Part shown: piece by piece, positions 46,601-58,925 of the stretch | Position numbering within the stretch: position 1 is the first letter of the stretch | How the letters are laid out: every line of letters begins with the position of its first letter | Assembly (NCBI GenBank): GCA_018398765.1 | Contig: JAHBMJ010000043.1 | Location: 1-58,925, forward strand | Source of the DNA: Chromera velia | Taxonomy: Eukaryota | DNA: 58,925 bases | Reading direction: 5' to 3' | Notes under the pieces: model-generated | What the model was told of the DNA's origin: nothing | Databases searched by the model: none | What the model saw: the letters and a program-made list of their open reading frames with translations, nothing else | Translations under genes and position numbers: made by a program

Positions 46601-48100
46601 GAAGCAAGATCTGGAAACATTTCGACTCTAAATGAGGACCAAGAAGACAGAAGTGCGGGGTCAATAACTTTTTAAAGGACAAAATCAATAACAGAACAGG
46701 GCCTGCCTTCTCTATAGTACGTACACGCCCCCGGACAGTCAATTTCTACACCCCTGCCCTTGTCTATGAATCTAACTCCATTTAGAGGCATTAAGTTTGA
46801 GGCTTCACACAGGCAAAGTAAAGCCCGACCCTCTGCATCTATTTGTGATCCGTATTCTGACTCTCTAACTACCCCCTGAACCACCCCACTTCCTTCTTCA
46901 CCCCCCCTCCTTCCCAGGTCCGCTCCAGGTCTTGTGTTTTTTGCGACTACCTCCCTTTCTCAAGTGATTCCCTTAGGGAGTTCTGTTCCAATGTGTGAAT
47001 TAAAATCTCCCAGCACTAGCCGCCTAGCTGACAAGGGGACATCACACACCGCATCAAGTAGAAATTCCCTCTCTTATTCTTTTGTTACCCCATCTCTCAG
47101 ATTCTCATGAGCACCTCTCTGAAGGAAATAGACCCCAAAAATGAAAAGAAAGTCCCCCCTCTCCACCTTCCATTGTTTCCCCCCTTCCTGCAAGCACCCC
47201 CGTATCTTAATTCTTACAATATTTGGTCCGCACAGCTCCTATTCAGGTCTTAGCTGTGCTTGTAGGCTCTTCCTGATAAGAATGCAGACTCCTCCTGTGT
47301 TTGCTTCCTTCACTTTAGCCCTCCCATGTATCCCCAATTTCCTTCTGTACCATTTTCTGTATGCATAATTCCACCCTGAATGTCCCCCTATTGTTATTTT
47401 AGAGGAGGGGAATTTCATCTCCGTCAAAACTGCAATGTCAACCCCCTGTAACCACCTGCTGAGGGCTCCGTTCAAAATTTGGGACTTCAAACTTCTAACG
47501 TTCAGGGTTGCAACGACTAGTTGCCTCCATTTGGCCTTTCTCTTAACAGATCTCAAATAGGATGCATATGGAAAAAGAAGAAGAGAGGAACTAGGAGATG
47601 AGGAAGGAGTGAGAAAAGAAAAAAAAGCAGAAGAATGAGAAGAAATAAAAGAAGAAGGAGAATCATGAGTATATGAGAAGGAAACATGAAATAGTGAATT
47701 GGAGGATGAATCGGAGGATGTCGAGGACGGGGGGGTGTCTGAGAGGGGGGGAGCTCGGACTGTACGTTTCTTCTACCAGAAGGTAGCAATCAGATTCTTG
47801 GGCACCTTCCCCGCAGGTACCCAGTAGGGCCTGCCTTTACCCTTTCTCTTCATACTGTACTGTCTATCCTTTCCGCTTCCCCCCATGTCTATGATTTTCT
47901 TCATTTCCCCCTCCTCTGCTGACTTCCCACTCTTCTGACCCCTGAAGGCCCAGAAACGGGCGACCAGATCCTTAGGAACCGAGGCTTTCGGAAGCTAGAC
48001 TGTCCCTTCCTCCCCTTTCCTCCTGACTTCATACTTCCTGTTACCCTTTCTACCCCTAATAGCTGTAACTCTCTCTATTCCTCCGTTCTTTTCCCTTTCT
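43638..48100 (-). pseudogene. LINE ORF2: tandem chromodomain-like repeats, APE endonuclease, reverse transcriptase, C-terminal Cys/His finger
   Basis: APE: ATLNVRSL, DIAVLTE, GGVCILI, LVLGDFNSH (~47000), SVIDFVL, SEH. RT: RPI...LAKLF, QIGFRKG, FVDFSKVFDRV, GVKQGDPLSPLLF, YADD (~45000), YRYLG. Finger CKAC...H...C. Broken by several stops and at least one frameshift (~45380). Confidence 0.9.
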
Positions 48101-50401
48101 CTATTCCCATAAACCCCACGAAAGAAAATTCCATAACCCTCCCTCCCCAGCACTTCCCCACACTCTAAACAGCATCTCTACCTCCTCGTACCCCTCTTTT
48201 TTTCTTTCTTTCGGTTGGCTGGGGCGCAAGGTGATCCCCCTCCTCTCTACAGAGCAAAGGGGAGGGGTGGGGGGCTGTCTCCTCAGAGTCTCCTGGCAAG
48301 GTCAGAGGGGTAGGGGGAGAGGGGGGGAGAAGAGAAGAGGGAGAATGACAAAAGCATAAAGCATAAATAACAGGCTGGAGAAGAGGACGAGAGGTATGCA
48401 TCGCATCATAGATCTCTCTGTCTGCATGTATTCTGTTCCTTGTTCGAGTTGGGTGGGGGGAGGGACCAACCCAGAGGCCCTCCTCCCCCCCGGCACAACA
48501 CCTGCAGGATGAAAATGAATCGAGTCGAGTCGGGTGGGGGGAGGGTCCAGGCTGCCGTATCACAGGCGTTGCCTATCCCTCCCCCCCAGCCTTGTCATAG
48601 GCGGGTACCCCCACAGCAGCACTGGAGGAGGGGAAAGAGAGGAACAAAGCAGAAGAGGGAGAGGTAAAAGGGGTGGAAAAAGAAGAATGAGAAGGAAAAG
48701 AGGACGAGGAAGGAGAAGAAGGAAAAAGAGAAGAAGAGGAAAAGGAAGAAGACGAGGGATTCTCCCTGTGATCTGGTCTCTCCCCCCCCTCCCCTCCCTG
48801 TCTGTTCTCTCCCCTACTCTTACTCACACCAGAGCAGGGGGAAGGGGAAAAGAAGAACAAAGCAAAAGAAGAAGAGGAAGAAGAAGAAGGAGGTGGGGGA
48901 GGAAAAAAGCGCTTCTGTGGATCAGAAGATTCGATGTTGGTCCCCTTCGTTCTGTCATACATTCTTCTTTGCCCCCTGTTCTTTTGGCCGTGGCACTCTC
49001 CTGCAGTCTCCTACCTACAAGAAGAAGGGGGATCATATAAAGAAGAAGAAGAAAAAGGAGAAGAGGAAGAGGAGAAAGAAGAAGCAAACCTCACCGCCCC
49101 GCCCTCCTTTCCCCGCCCCAGGACCCTTGCCTGTCTGTTTATCTATCTGGCTGCTTGTTTCCCTCTTTTTCTCTTCTTTACTTCAAAAAAAGGGGTCTCA
49201 AATAATTCGGTCACTTCAAAAAGGGCTTCAATCTCTTCTAGGGAAAGGAACCCATCCTTTGCAGGAGGGTTATAAGAAGGGGGAAGGGGCGTGAGGGGAG
49301 AAGAATAAGAGAAAGGAGAAGAGGAAGAAGAAGAAGAAGAAAAAGAAGAAGAAGAAAAAGAAGAAGAAGCAGAAGCAGAAGCGAAACAAGAAGAAAAAGA
49401 AGAAAGAGAAGAAAAGGAAAGAAGGGGGAAGTTTCTGCCACGACTGACTGTCTGACTGGCTATCTGAGAGAGGGAGAGAAGAGAAGGAAGAGGGAGGTCT
49501 CTGTCTATCAAAGCTACCTTCTGTCCCCCATCTAGACCTCCCCCCCAAGTCCCTTTCCCGACTCCCCCACGTTCACCACGGCAGAGGAGGAGGAGGAGGA
49601 GGAAGAACAAGAGGAGGCCGGCTGGTCCCCGGGCCAAACTTCCCCCCGCTGTTCGAGGGACTCGTCTCTCTCTTTTCTTCTTTCCTCCTCCTACCTTTTC
49701 TGTGCCCCAGGACTCCTTCTTATCCCACTTAGGACCATTCCCCCTTCTTTTTTACTGAAGATATAACCCCCCTCTCCCTCTTCCTCAGCGAGGGAGAGGG
49801 GGGGGGCTTCTTCCAGCACGGAGGTGCATATAGACCTGTCGTCACCCTCCTCTCCCTCCATGGCAGAGATAGAGTAAAGTGATTCTCCTCCTAGAGTCAC
49901 AGAAGGGGCCGCTCTGGCCCTTACGACTCTGATTTTCCTTTTTCGTCTCCCCCCTTCGCTTCTCTATCCTATCGCTCCCCTCTGTCCCAGAGTCAAAACC
50001 CCCTCTCTCTTACTCACCTTGATGGGGGGGATGATAGATCCCGGGGCAACCTTCAACCTTTCTCTCAGGACGTCTATGGGGGGAACCGTCTGAGAATTTG
50101 TTTTGCTTGGGGGAGGGAGACGCACGACAGTTGGGGGCTGGGGTGGAACTGTCACGGGAGTTGTAGGGTGAGGGGACAGGGAGGCCGGGGAAATAAGCTG
50201 CTGCTGTTACTTCTCCGGAGGAGCGACGGGGACAGATGAGGCTTCCTTCCCGGCTGCCGCGCTCTCGCCAAAATCCCCAGGGAAGATGTCCCATCCCTTT
50301 CCCTCCCCTCTCCGTTGTCTCCCTCTCGGAGGTCCCCTCTGTATCTGCTGTGTCTCTGTCTGCTCATTTATGAGGCTAAGTATCGCCTTCACCAGGTCCC
50401 C

Positions 50402-52360
50402 TCACTCAGCCAGGGCCTGCCTTGCCGCCTCCCTCTCCACTCTTGTCTGTCTCATAATAATATCTATGTCCGATTCTCTTTGCTCCTCTTTCCTTTGCAC
50501 TCGTCTCTCCTCTTCCTCCTCTCTTTCATTTTTCCCTCCTTCTGCTCTCTCTCTCTCTGCCTCGATGTCTCTATCCCGGGCTCGAGGTCGAGCCTGCTTT
50601 GCATCCTCTATCTCCACGTCACCAGCACCCCCCTTCCCCTTTTTCTTTCCTCCTTCTGCTCTCTCTCTCTCTGCCTCAATGTCCCTATCCCAGGCTCGAG
50701 GTCGAGCCTGCCTATCTGTCTCCTCCATTTCCACGTCCCCAGTACCCCCCTTCCCCTTTTTCTTTTTCTTTCTACCCGTTCCCCCGTTCCCTTTCCCCCC
50801 CCCCAGGCCGCCGACTAGATAAGGGAGGCCTCCCCCCCGTCCGACCTGGAGTATAGCCAGATCCTGGAAGGAGGGCTTGCCCCCCACAGGCCGAGCAGAC
50901 CGTTCTTCCCCTCTCCATTGTTCCCTATCCAACTGACCTCCCATCTGCGGAGGAGCCACCGGCAAGACCCCCGGGAACTGACCCTCCATCCCCGGAGGAG
51001 CTGCTGCCAGCACATTTTCCGGAACCTGACCACCTACCCTTGTAGGTGGGCAGAGGAAAGGGGGCAGGGGAAACTGGGGGCGGTAGTGAGGCCACGTCTG
51101 CTGGAGGATCTGAAAGAAGGGGGAGAGGTTGGAGTAAGGGAGTGAGTGTGGGGGAGAGGGCTGGGGAAAGGCCTGCAGAGGCTCCCCAACTCCGGTAAGG
51201 GGCCCGTTTGATCCCATCTGTCCTCGCTATGCCTCTCCGGTTCCTTCCGTTCCATCTGTTACAACTCTTTCACTGCCTCTGTCCCCACCCCTGCTTCCCC
51301 CTTCTTCCTTTCCCTCTATCCTTGCGGCCGAATTTATATCCCGGGTGGCTCTTCTCCAGTAATTTAGTTCACTGTCTGGGGTTGAGTGGGGGAGGCTCTG
51401 CCTCTGCCTCTCGCCCCCCCCTCTCTCCATCTTGCGACCCCATCCCGACCCCCTCTCCTGGTATCTCTGGTCCGGCACCCCCCCCCAGAGTTTGGAACCC
51501 CACCCTTACCCATCCCCTTGGTAGGTCGACTGGGTCCTCTGGACCTCTACCGGCCCCCCAGTCCTCGTCTGCGTATCCCAGCTCACCCCTTGGCGGGAAA
51601 AGTCCCGCCCTCAGGATATTGAGTGGGAGAGCGGAGGTCTCCCCGAACCCATTATCGTAGCCTGCAAATAAGGGAGTGGTCTCGAGTTTGCTGCCCCTTC
51701 TGGAGCGAGAGGTGTAGCATCTATGCATCTGTTAAAACGCCTCCTGGAGGAGGCAGCACGGAACTGACTTGTGAGTCCGTCCACCAGTCGGACGGTGAAC
51801 TTTTCTTCCTCTCCATCCCCATCAGGCAGTGTCGAGTTCCCTCCGTAAAGTGGAAAGAGTCCACAGTTATCACCAGCGAAGATGTCCGCATCCCTTTCTG
51901 TTTCGAAGAAGAGGATCCCCCCTCTCCGGAAGGACACGAAACCCCTTACTGAGTTCATATCAAAAATGGGGGCTTGGGGCTCAGCCGTCTCCGTCAATAC
52001 CTGCAACCCATGGTAGGTCGAAAAGAACTTGTAGAGATGGGAATCTGTTCTGCTGAGCTGCTCCCGGTCGATCCGTTTCTTGACTTCTGGTAGTGGCACG
52101 CGGTCATGGAAGGGCACAAAATTGATCCCCTCCATAACCCGCGTATGCGTACACCGAACTCCCCGATCCCCGCTGCGCCGTTGCCCCCCCACTTCTATTT
52201 TCAGGTCCTCCAGCCCCCGCGCCAGCCCTTCTATTTTCCTGTCCAGTCCCTCAGCTTCTTCCCGAGTGAAGAACTTCCTAAGCAAATCCTCCTGAGACTG
52301 TTTTAAGGCCTGTACCAGGAAGCTCTCAGTCATCGGGCGGTCAGATAGCGTTCTGTTCAT
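50402..52360 (-). pseudogene. LINE ORF1-like region (fragmented)
   Basis: ORF fragments 51611-52483, 51369-51728, 50402-51217 on the same strand as ORF2. Heptad pattern LDRKIEGLARGLEDLKIEV; ~117-bp tandem coding duplication (QARPRA(W/R)DRDIEAERERAEGGK) at ~50533-50767. Confidence 0.55.
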
Positions 52361-52764
52361 CCTTCTGAGAGCAAAGAGAGTAGCAAGCGGACACGGGAAC
52401 CGGCCCAGCAGAGTGATGCTTGGAAGAGAAACAGATAGAGACGGCAGAGATAATTGGATGACCAGATCTCCTTTATTTCTCAACCATTTTTCTTCAGAAA
52501 ACTATGAGCAGGTGTCTTCTTATATCAGAGGTAGTTTCCATTGTAAAACCGTCAAAAGTATTAGTTCAAAAGGGGATATAGATATCAATGGATCAGACAC
52601 ACAAAACGCGTACGCAAAAAACGTTTATTTTCGCGGGCGTGTGCCGAAGCGATTCGGCGTGTTAACTAGCGTGTTAACATTTGGGGGGGTATTATAAGAT
52701 CGTTTTCTTGTTCCATCTTCTCCAAATACGCATATCCATATCTACATCTAGTGACCAGAAGTTA

Positions 52765-53010
52765 CTAGGCGACGCACAGTGGTAAAAAAAAAAAAAAGAA
52801 TAGACATGTCAAGATTTTTTTTTTCTTTTTTTTTTTTTTTAGTCTAGTGGTCAAAGGTCCAAACAAACTTAGCAAAGGTAGGTTTTGTAGTTAGATATGT
52901 TTTTGTTATATGTTTGGCACTTCCAATAAAATAATAGAAAAAAAAATAAAAAAGATTAGGCTTCTCCAGATTTTTTTTTTTCTTTTTTTTTATCACTGTG
53001 CGTCGCCTAG
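52765..53010. mobile_element. MITE, 246 bp, CTAG termini, perfect 8-bp TSD
   Basis: TIR CTAGGCGACGCACAGTGGTAAAA / TTTTATCACTGTGCGTCGCCTAG; AGAAGTTA on both flanks (52757-52764, 53011-53018). Confidence 0.92.
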
Positions 53011-54047
53011 AGAAGTTATAGGTTTAATTATGGTTTGATCTAGTTTGATAACTTTAATATATTTTCATCAAAGATTGACACTGTTCGTCTCGGCAAATTA
53101 TGAAATGTCGGCAGTGACTCGGCACTGCCGCACTGTATTGAAACATAAATGTCGTTGTCGATCAGTGCCCTGAGTGCCATTTATACGTTTAGTGTCGATA
53201 ACGGCATTTATCGTCCACGGCATTTACCAACCCTAACAAAATAAAAAATTAGCGTATGTTTTATGCTTTTTTTTAAATGTCTTGCGCCTAGATAAATAAT
53301 AGAAATTTGAGTTTATTTTGTAAGATGTTAGAAATTACTTGTATATAACTTGAAATGCAGAAATGTCTAGAAAAATCTGTTCCGCAACATAAGCCTCATC
53401 AGGCACTTGCATGAAATTAAGCTTGTAAAACTGGAGAAGCTAAGTAATCTTATAACTTTAAAACTAGCTAGAGTTCAAGTTAAAATCAAGATAAAATTGA
53501 AATTAAAATTGAAATGGTTTTTATCAACGGCATATACAGGCCGTCAAAGTTGTTGCCGTTCCCGACTGTCACTGAAAATGTACGGGCGTCGATCGGACTC
53601 GATCCACGAAGATTTACATGTAAGCTTTCAACATACGTACGTGGAGTGCTGCTGTCTGTGGCTGTAACGCATACAGAGTATCCGCACAAACCGACCGACA
53701 CGAAACACAGGACACGCACTTCAGAGCATGCAACACTTCACCGACGAAGTGTTCCAAGTACATGAAAAACAGATGGAAGAGCATGAAACGGCAGAGGCAT
53801 TGGCCTACTTATCATGAACATGCGATTGAACCCATGCGGTCCTTCCTCACCTCCCAAGGACAAATACAAAAAAAGCACACCTTAACATGAAAGGTCAGTT
53901 GCAAGAATCTGTCGAAAGAGAAGAGTCAACGCTTTTCGGATGCAGTCAAAAAATGCTTGTCGCTTCATCTCACTCATTTCCTGTACAGAGAACTGTCTCC
54001 CTCATCGAAGAACGGGAGAAGAATTCGGGAGAAAATTTCAGAAGCGC

Positions 54048-57000
54048 TTAGTCGTGCTTGTGGCCGTGACCAGCGGAGTACCCCTTGGAGGAGCCAGAGG
54101 TGGCGGGGATGGTCTCAGTCATCACGCACTGCTTTCCGGTGTCAGTGAAGCCCTTAGGGCAGGACTGGGTGGTGGTGTAAGAGGTGGTGGTGCAGCCTCC
54201 GTTCTTGCCGGCGGTGGAGCCGGCGGGGCAGTTGTAGACGGCAGGGACGGACTGGGTGCCCTCGCAGGACTTTCCAGTGTCAACAGTGCCGGGGGGACAG
54301 AAGTAAGTGGTGTGGGACTCCTGGATGTAGTTGGTGTCAGCAGGGATCTGCTCAGTGACAGTCACGGGGACGTAAGTGAGGGCCTGCTCCTCGAGGTAGC
54401 AGCCTCCCTTCTTGCCAGACCCAGCTCCGGCGCCAGGGGGGCAGACAGACTCAGTAGAGACCTTCTCGGTTCTGGCAACCTCAGTCTCAGTGGCGGTGGA
54501 GAAGGTGGGGATGGCAGGGACAGAGGTGGTCATGGGGACGGTGGTGGTCACAACCTTGGTGGTGGTGACAGGGGTGGGGGCGTAAGAGGTCTGGAAAGAG
54601 GTGATGGTGTTGGCAGGGAAGACCTCGGTGTTGTAGCCAGTGGAGACGGAGTGGGAGGTCTCGGTCATGGTGGAGGTGGCGTAAGTGAGGGAGGTTTCCT
54701 CGGCGGAAGAGAAGGCGGAGAAGGAGTCAGCGGGGACGACAGAGTAAGTGGGGACCATGGGGACGGTCTCAGTGAAAGAGTCAGTCACGACGCGGTACTT
54801 GGTCTCCATGGGGCAGGGCTGTCCACTGGCAGCGGGGGGAAGAGGGGTGCCCTTGCCCTTGGAGCCGTGGCCGTGGCCGTGGCCGTGTCCGTGGGAAGAT
54901 CCGTAGCCGGTTCCAGTGGCGACAGAACCGTCAGGGCGGATGCAGGGAGCGTAGTTGACGCGGGAGTTGGTCACAGTGACGGGGGAAGACTCGTGAGCAA
55001 TGGAGTACTTCATGAGAGCAGGGACGGTCTCGGTGTAAGAGGAAGAGTCAACACCGGCGAAGGTCTCGTCAAGGACGATGTCATCGTACACAGTGTACAC
55101 CTCCTCAGTGGTGGCGGTCTCAGTGACAGTGCGGGTCTCGTATCTGTAAAGCTTGGGGACGACCTCAGTGATGGTGGAGGGCTCGAAGGTGATGCTGGTG
55201 GTGGTGAAGGTCTCAGCGGGGACATCCTCCCAACTGCAGTCAACGAAGAGCATGCGTTTGCTCACTTCTGACAAAGCACGACACGTCTTATCCAGAACAC
55301 AAGACAGCAACAGTCGGAGTACGCAAAAAAGCGAGAAAGAGAAGAGCAAAAGTCTGAGCAAAATAAGAAAGCGAGGAAAGAAAAGCAGATGAGGACAGGG
55401 CAAAAGCAGCAGCATGGTAAGGAAATGCACATGCAGCCGGAATGCAGAGAAAGTGAGAAAGGGAGACTGACGTCTGAGTGGCGCAAGTGGTCTCAGGTCC
55501 CTCGCCAACGGGGGTGGTGCCCTCGGGGCAGGCGTACTTGGGGACCTTGCTCTTCATGTCACCGGGGAGCTGGGTGGCAGGCACAGTGACAATGACGGGC
55601 TTCTTGCACTTGGGGGCCTTGGAGCCTCCGGTGTGGAACTCAGAGCCGGGGGGGCACTCAGTGTGAGAGTCAGTGTGAGTGACGGGGTGCTGGGTGGTGA
55701 CAGTCACAACGCAGTTGCCGTTGGCGTCCTCAGTGGTGCCCTTGGGGCAGTACTCAACGGGGTAAGATTCAACGCGGGTGACGGGGACAGTGACGGTCTT
55801 CTTCTCGAAGCGAGCCTTCTTGACGGTCTTGGGGGCAGAAGTGGTGATGGGGGTTCCGGAGGGGAGGGTCACAGTACAGATGAGGGAGGCATCAGCGCAC
55901 TCAGCACCGGAAGAAGCACCGCCCTTCTTGGAGTAAGAGCCGCCGGTGAGGCCGGAGGCGCAGCCAGAGGGAGTGGTGCCGGGGGGGCAGTAGTAAGAGG
56001 GGACGAGGAAAGACTTGGTGAGGGTGAGGGTCTGGGGGAACTCCTCGATGACAGGGGACTCGGCATCAACAGGCACCTCATAGGACTCGAGTCTGGAGCG
56101 GGTGAGGGTGAGAGTGCAGGTGCCGTCCTTCTGGGCGGTGGTGCCGTCAGGGCACGTCATTCCCTGAGCGATCTCCGTGGCGGGAAGGCTGAAAGAAGAC
56201 ATCTTGGACACGAGGGTGGGGACACGGACGCTCTTCTCAGACATGGTAGTCTCGACGTTCTGGATAGAGGTGGTGGCAGTGCAGTCACCTCCCTTGCCCT
56301 TTCCGTTAGAGCCAGTGGTTCCCTCAGGGCACTCGGAGTAGGAAGCGGGGGTGTTGACGGGGATGGACACGGAGGTCTGCTCAGCAATCTGGGAGTACTC
56401 AGTAGTAGTGCCGGTCACAATGCAATCGCCATTCTTGTCCTGGGTGGTTCCCTTGGGGCAGACAGGGGCGCCGGAAACGGAGACGGGCTTGGAGACAGAG
56501 ACCTCGTAGGGGGCCTTCACAACAGTGGTGGACTGGTCAAGGACCTTGCGGGGAGCAACGGTGGCCTGCTGGTCAGCCTTGGCGACAGTGCACATGCCAT
56601 CAGAGCCGGGGCCCTCAGTGCCCTTGGGGCAGGAGAGGACAGGCTTCTCGGTGGTGTGAGTCTTGGCCTCCTTGGCAACGGTGGTGGTGGAGACGCAGGT
56701 CTTGCCAGACATGGTGGAACCCTGCAGGGGGGGAAAGGGTAATGAATTGGTAAGATGAAGTTGTGAGGTGGTGCCTAAGTTGTGAGGTGGTGTTGACTTA
56801 GGTATCAGAAGGGGCACGGGACAGAGGACAAGAGACGGGGCCAAAGAGTTCAGAGACGAGAGCCACTCACCTTAGGGCAGGACTTCTCGGGAGCAACCTC
56901 AACCACGCTGGCGACCTGGGAAGTCTCATAGGGGGCGCTGACAGTCTTCACGCAGTCAGCCCCAGCGAGATCGTACCCGGGAGGGCAAGAGAGAGGCGCA

Positions 57001-57071
57001 GGAGCAGGAGCATAGCCCTTCTTCTGGGCGGCAGCAACGACAAAAGCAGCGGGGATAGCGAGGAACTTCAT
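54048..57071 (-). CDS. Oocyst/cyst wall protein-like secreted protein, 878 aa, Thr/Val-rich with CPxG cysteine repeats
   Basis: Exons 56871-57071, 55472-56721, 54048-55233 (phases 0 and 2 consistent; 2637 nt). Signal peptide MKFLAIPAAFVVAAA; more than 12 CP(K/P/E/D/A)G-x(5-12)-C units like the COWP/OWP repeats; His/Gly tracts; strong C/G-ending codon bias. Confidence 0.85.
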
Positions 57072-57805
57072 TGTGTTTCAAAGAAGGAAGTATATATGAG
57101 TAGAGTGAGGATTGATCGAAGCAAACAAGCTGACTCTTGGTGAAGTAAACAAACGATCGATTCAAACAGATTGAATGAGGAGGAGAGGTGGGGTTGAAAG
57201 GAGGTCTTGCAGGATCACGAAATTGGTGTTGCGGTGTTTGATGTGAAAAACGCTATTTGTGTGGCAATTTAAACCCGGCGCGCTATCTCTGTTGCAGTGT
57301 TGCAAGGAAGGTCTCCGCGATCTTTCTGCCTGACTGAATTCCATGAATGGCAAGAAGCCTTCGAGGAGAGAATTCGGAACGGAAAGTGTGAATTCCATGG
57401 ATGGCTCCACAGCGACGTGGTCCGTGACTCGAATGATTGAGCTGGGCCCGGAAAGCGAAAAGACCTCTGATCGTGAACTGTGTGTGTGCCCCTCAAAACC
57501 CACAGATGCTCTTTCCGGGGCCCTGGATGCGTTTCCATTTGTAGCAAACCTGCCTTGCGGGTCCGCATGCATGCACCGGGACTGGCCGAGCTACGAACAC
57601 CATGCACATGAAGCTTTTCTACCTACACTGCTTCTACAGTTGGGGAAGATGCTGGCAATGCAAAGATTCTACTGAACGAAGTCAGAGCGATTCAAACGAA
57701 TCGGAATGACTCTCTGTCCACGAGACGTGAAGGCAAAAAAGTGAGTTTATCGGAGGAATCCCTGTAGAATTAAGCGGAATTCGTTGATCGAGGGCAAAGG
57801 TCAGT

Positions 57806-57839
<34 letters not shown>

Positions 57840-58437
57840 ATTTCGGAGAACGAAACCTACCCAGTCATCGCCGCGGCTTTTGCACCACTGAGTTCCGTGT
57901 GTCTATCGGACTGGCGCTGGATTCGAGGGTCTCTTTTGGGCTCTCATAGAGACGAGAGAGAGCATAGAGGCGACAGTTGGCAAGAAGACGATACACATTT
58001 CTCCTCTGTTATTGGCACCCCCTACTGCATGCTGTATGTGAGTGAACGCTTTCTCCAACCGACTTGTCCACGCTACGAGATGAGTGCTTCTCCCTCTGTT
58101 TCTCCGGCAGCCTCAGCATTCGTCATTCCTTCTCCTGGGTGTAGGAAAACTGTGTGAGACACTTTTGTTCTTCCGTTGATCACGTGTGTGGCTCTTGAAT
58201 TTCGCATTCCAGTAATCTTCTTTCATTTCATCGTGTTCCCGTGGTCTGGGGGTGGGAGACATTAATTCTTTAGCCGTGATTTTCGTTTCGATTGCAACTT
58301 TTCTTTGCGCGATCATCCCCCAGAGAAGCGAATCATTGCCACGAACTCACCATTCGAGGGCATACGAAGCATACTTTATATTCATAGCTGTTCATTGACT
58401 CTCTCTCCGATTATTTGGCGATGCTGGGTTGGGACAA

Positions 58438-58925
<488 letters not shown>

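Larger units (their letters stand above)
43480..52483 (-). mobile_element. Near full-length APE-type LINE (~9 kb), decayed
   Basis: ORF1-like region (coiled coil near 52200-52330, low-complexity tail) followed by ORF2 with chromo-like repeats, APE, RT and Zn finger. 3' end abuts an (ATC)n tract; 5' boundary not resolved. Confidence 0.88.
41434..53235. mobile_element. hAT-like MITE split apart by ~11 kb of nested insertions
   Basis: TIR TAGGGTTAGTAAATGCCGT (41434) / ACGGCATTTACCAACCCTA (53235), 18/19 match. Flanks ATAAAATA and ACAAAATA (7/8, 8-bp TSD). Subterminal GGCATTT and CAGTGCC repeats at both ends. Confidence 0.75.

Noticed and set aside
52775..52800. RSS heptamer CACAGTG suggesting a Transib/RAG-like transposon
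   Set aside because: The heptamer is 10 bp inside a longer TIR starting CTAGG, the TSD is 8 bp rather than 5, there is no nonamer, and sister MITEs lack it.
55234..55269. Acceptor at 55268 for the last exon of the wall-protein gene
   Set aside because: Phase 1 conflicts with the phase-2 donor at 55471; the acceptor at 55234 fits.
53940..56742. Long plus-strand Gly-rich ORFs (443 aa, 369 aa)
   Set aside because: Antisense shadows of the codon-biased wall-protein gene.

Overview
Eukaryotic, intron-rich genomic DNA with microsatellite-filled introns. An oocyst-wall-protein-like gene, an SFLQ-motif secreted protein and TGCATGCA motifs point to an alveolate, most plausibly a chromerid such as Chromera; this is inference, not a database result. 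Four host genes: (1) a ~28-exon minus-strand gene encoding a DRE-TIM (HMGL-like) barrel fused to ankyrin repeats (808-~15400); (2) a single-exon secreted Cys-rich protein (17188-17814); (3) a two-exon ankyrin protein (~18.5-21.3 kb); (4) a three-exon oocyst-wall-protein-like gene (54048-57071). Between 21.5 and 53.2 kb lies a nested transposon pile. It contains a family of MITEs with CTAG termini and 8-bp TSDs, two CRE-like (restriction-like endonuclease) retrotransposon fragments, and a giant 15.1-kb Ty1/copia element with a ~3,600-codon polyprotein, TG...CT termini and a candidate intron spanning its primer-binding site. It also contains a hAT-like MITE split open by two tail-to-tail LINEs, one carrying tandem chromodomain-like repeats in frame with its APE endonuclease. 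The repeats show an extreme C:G-to-T:A bias (35 of 36 LTR-LTR differences are transitions, in all dinucleotide contexts), suggesting a RIP-like or methylation-driven repeat-mutating process.
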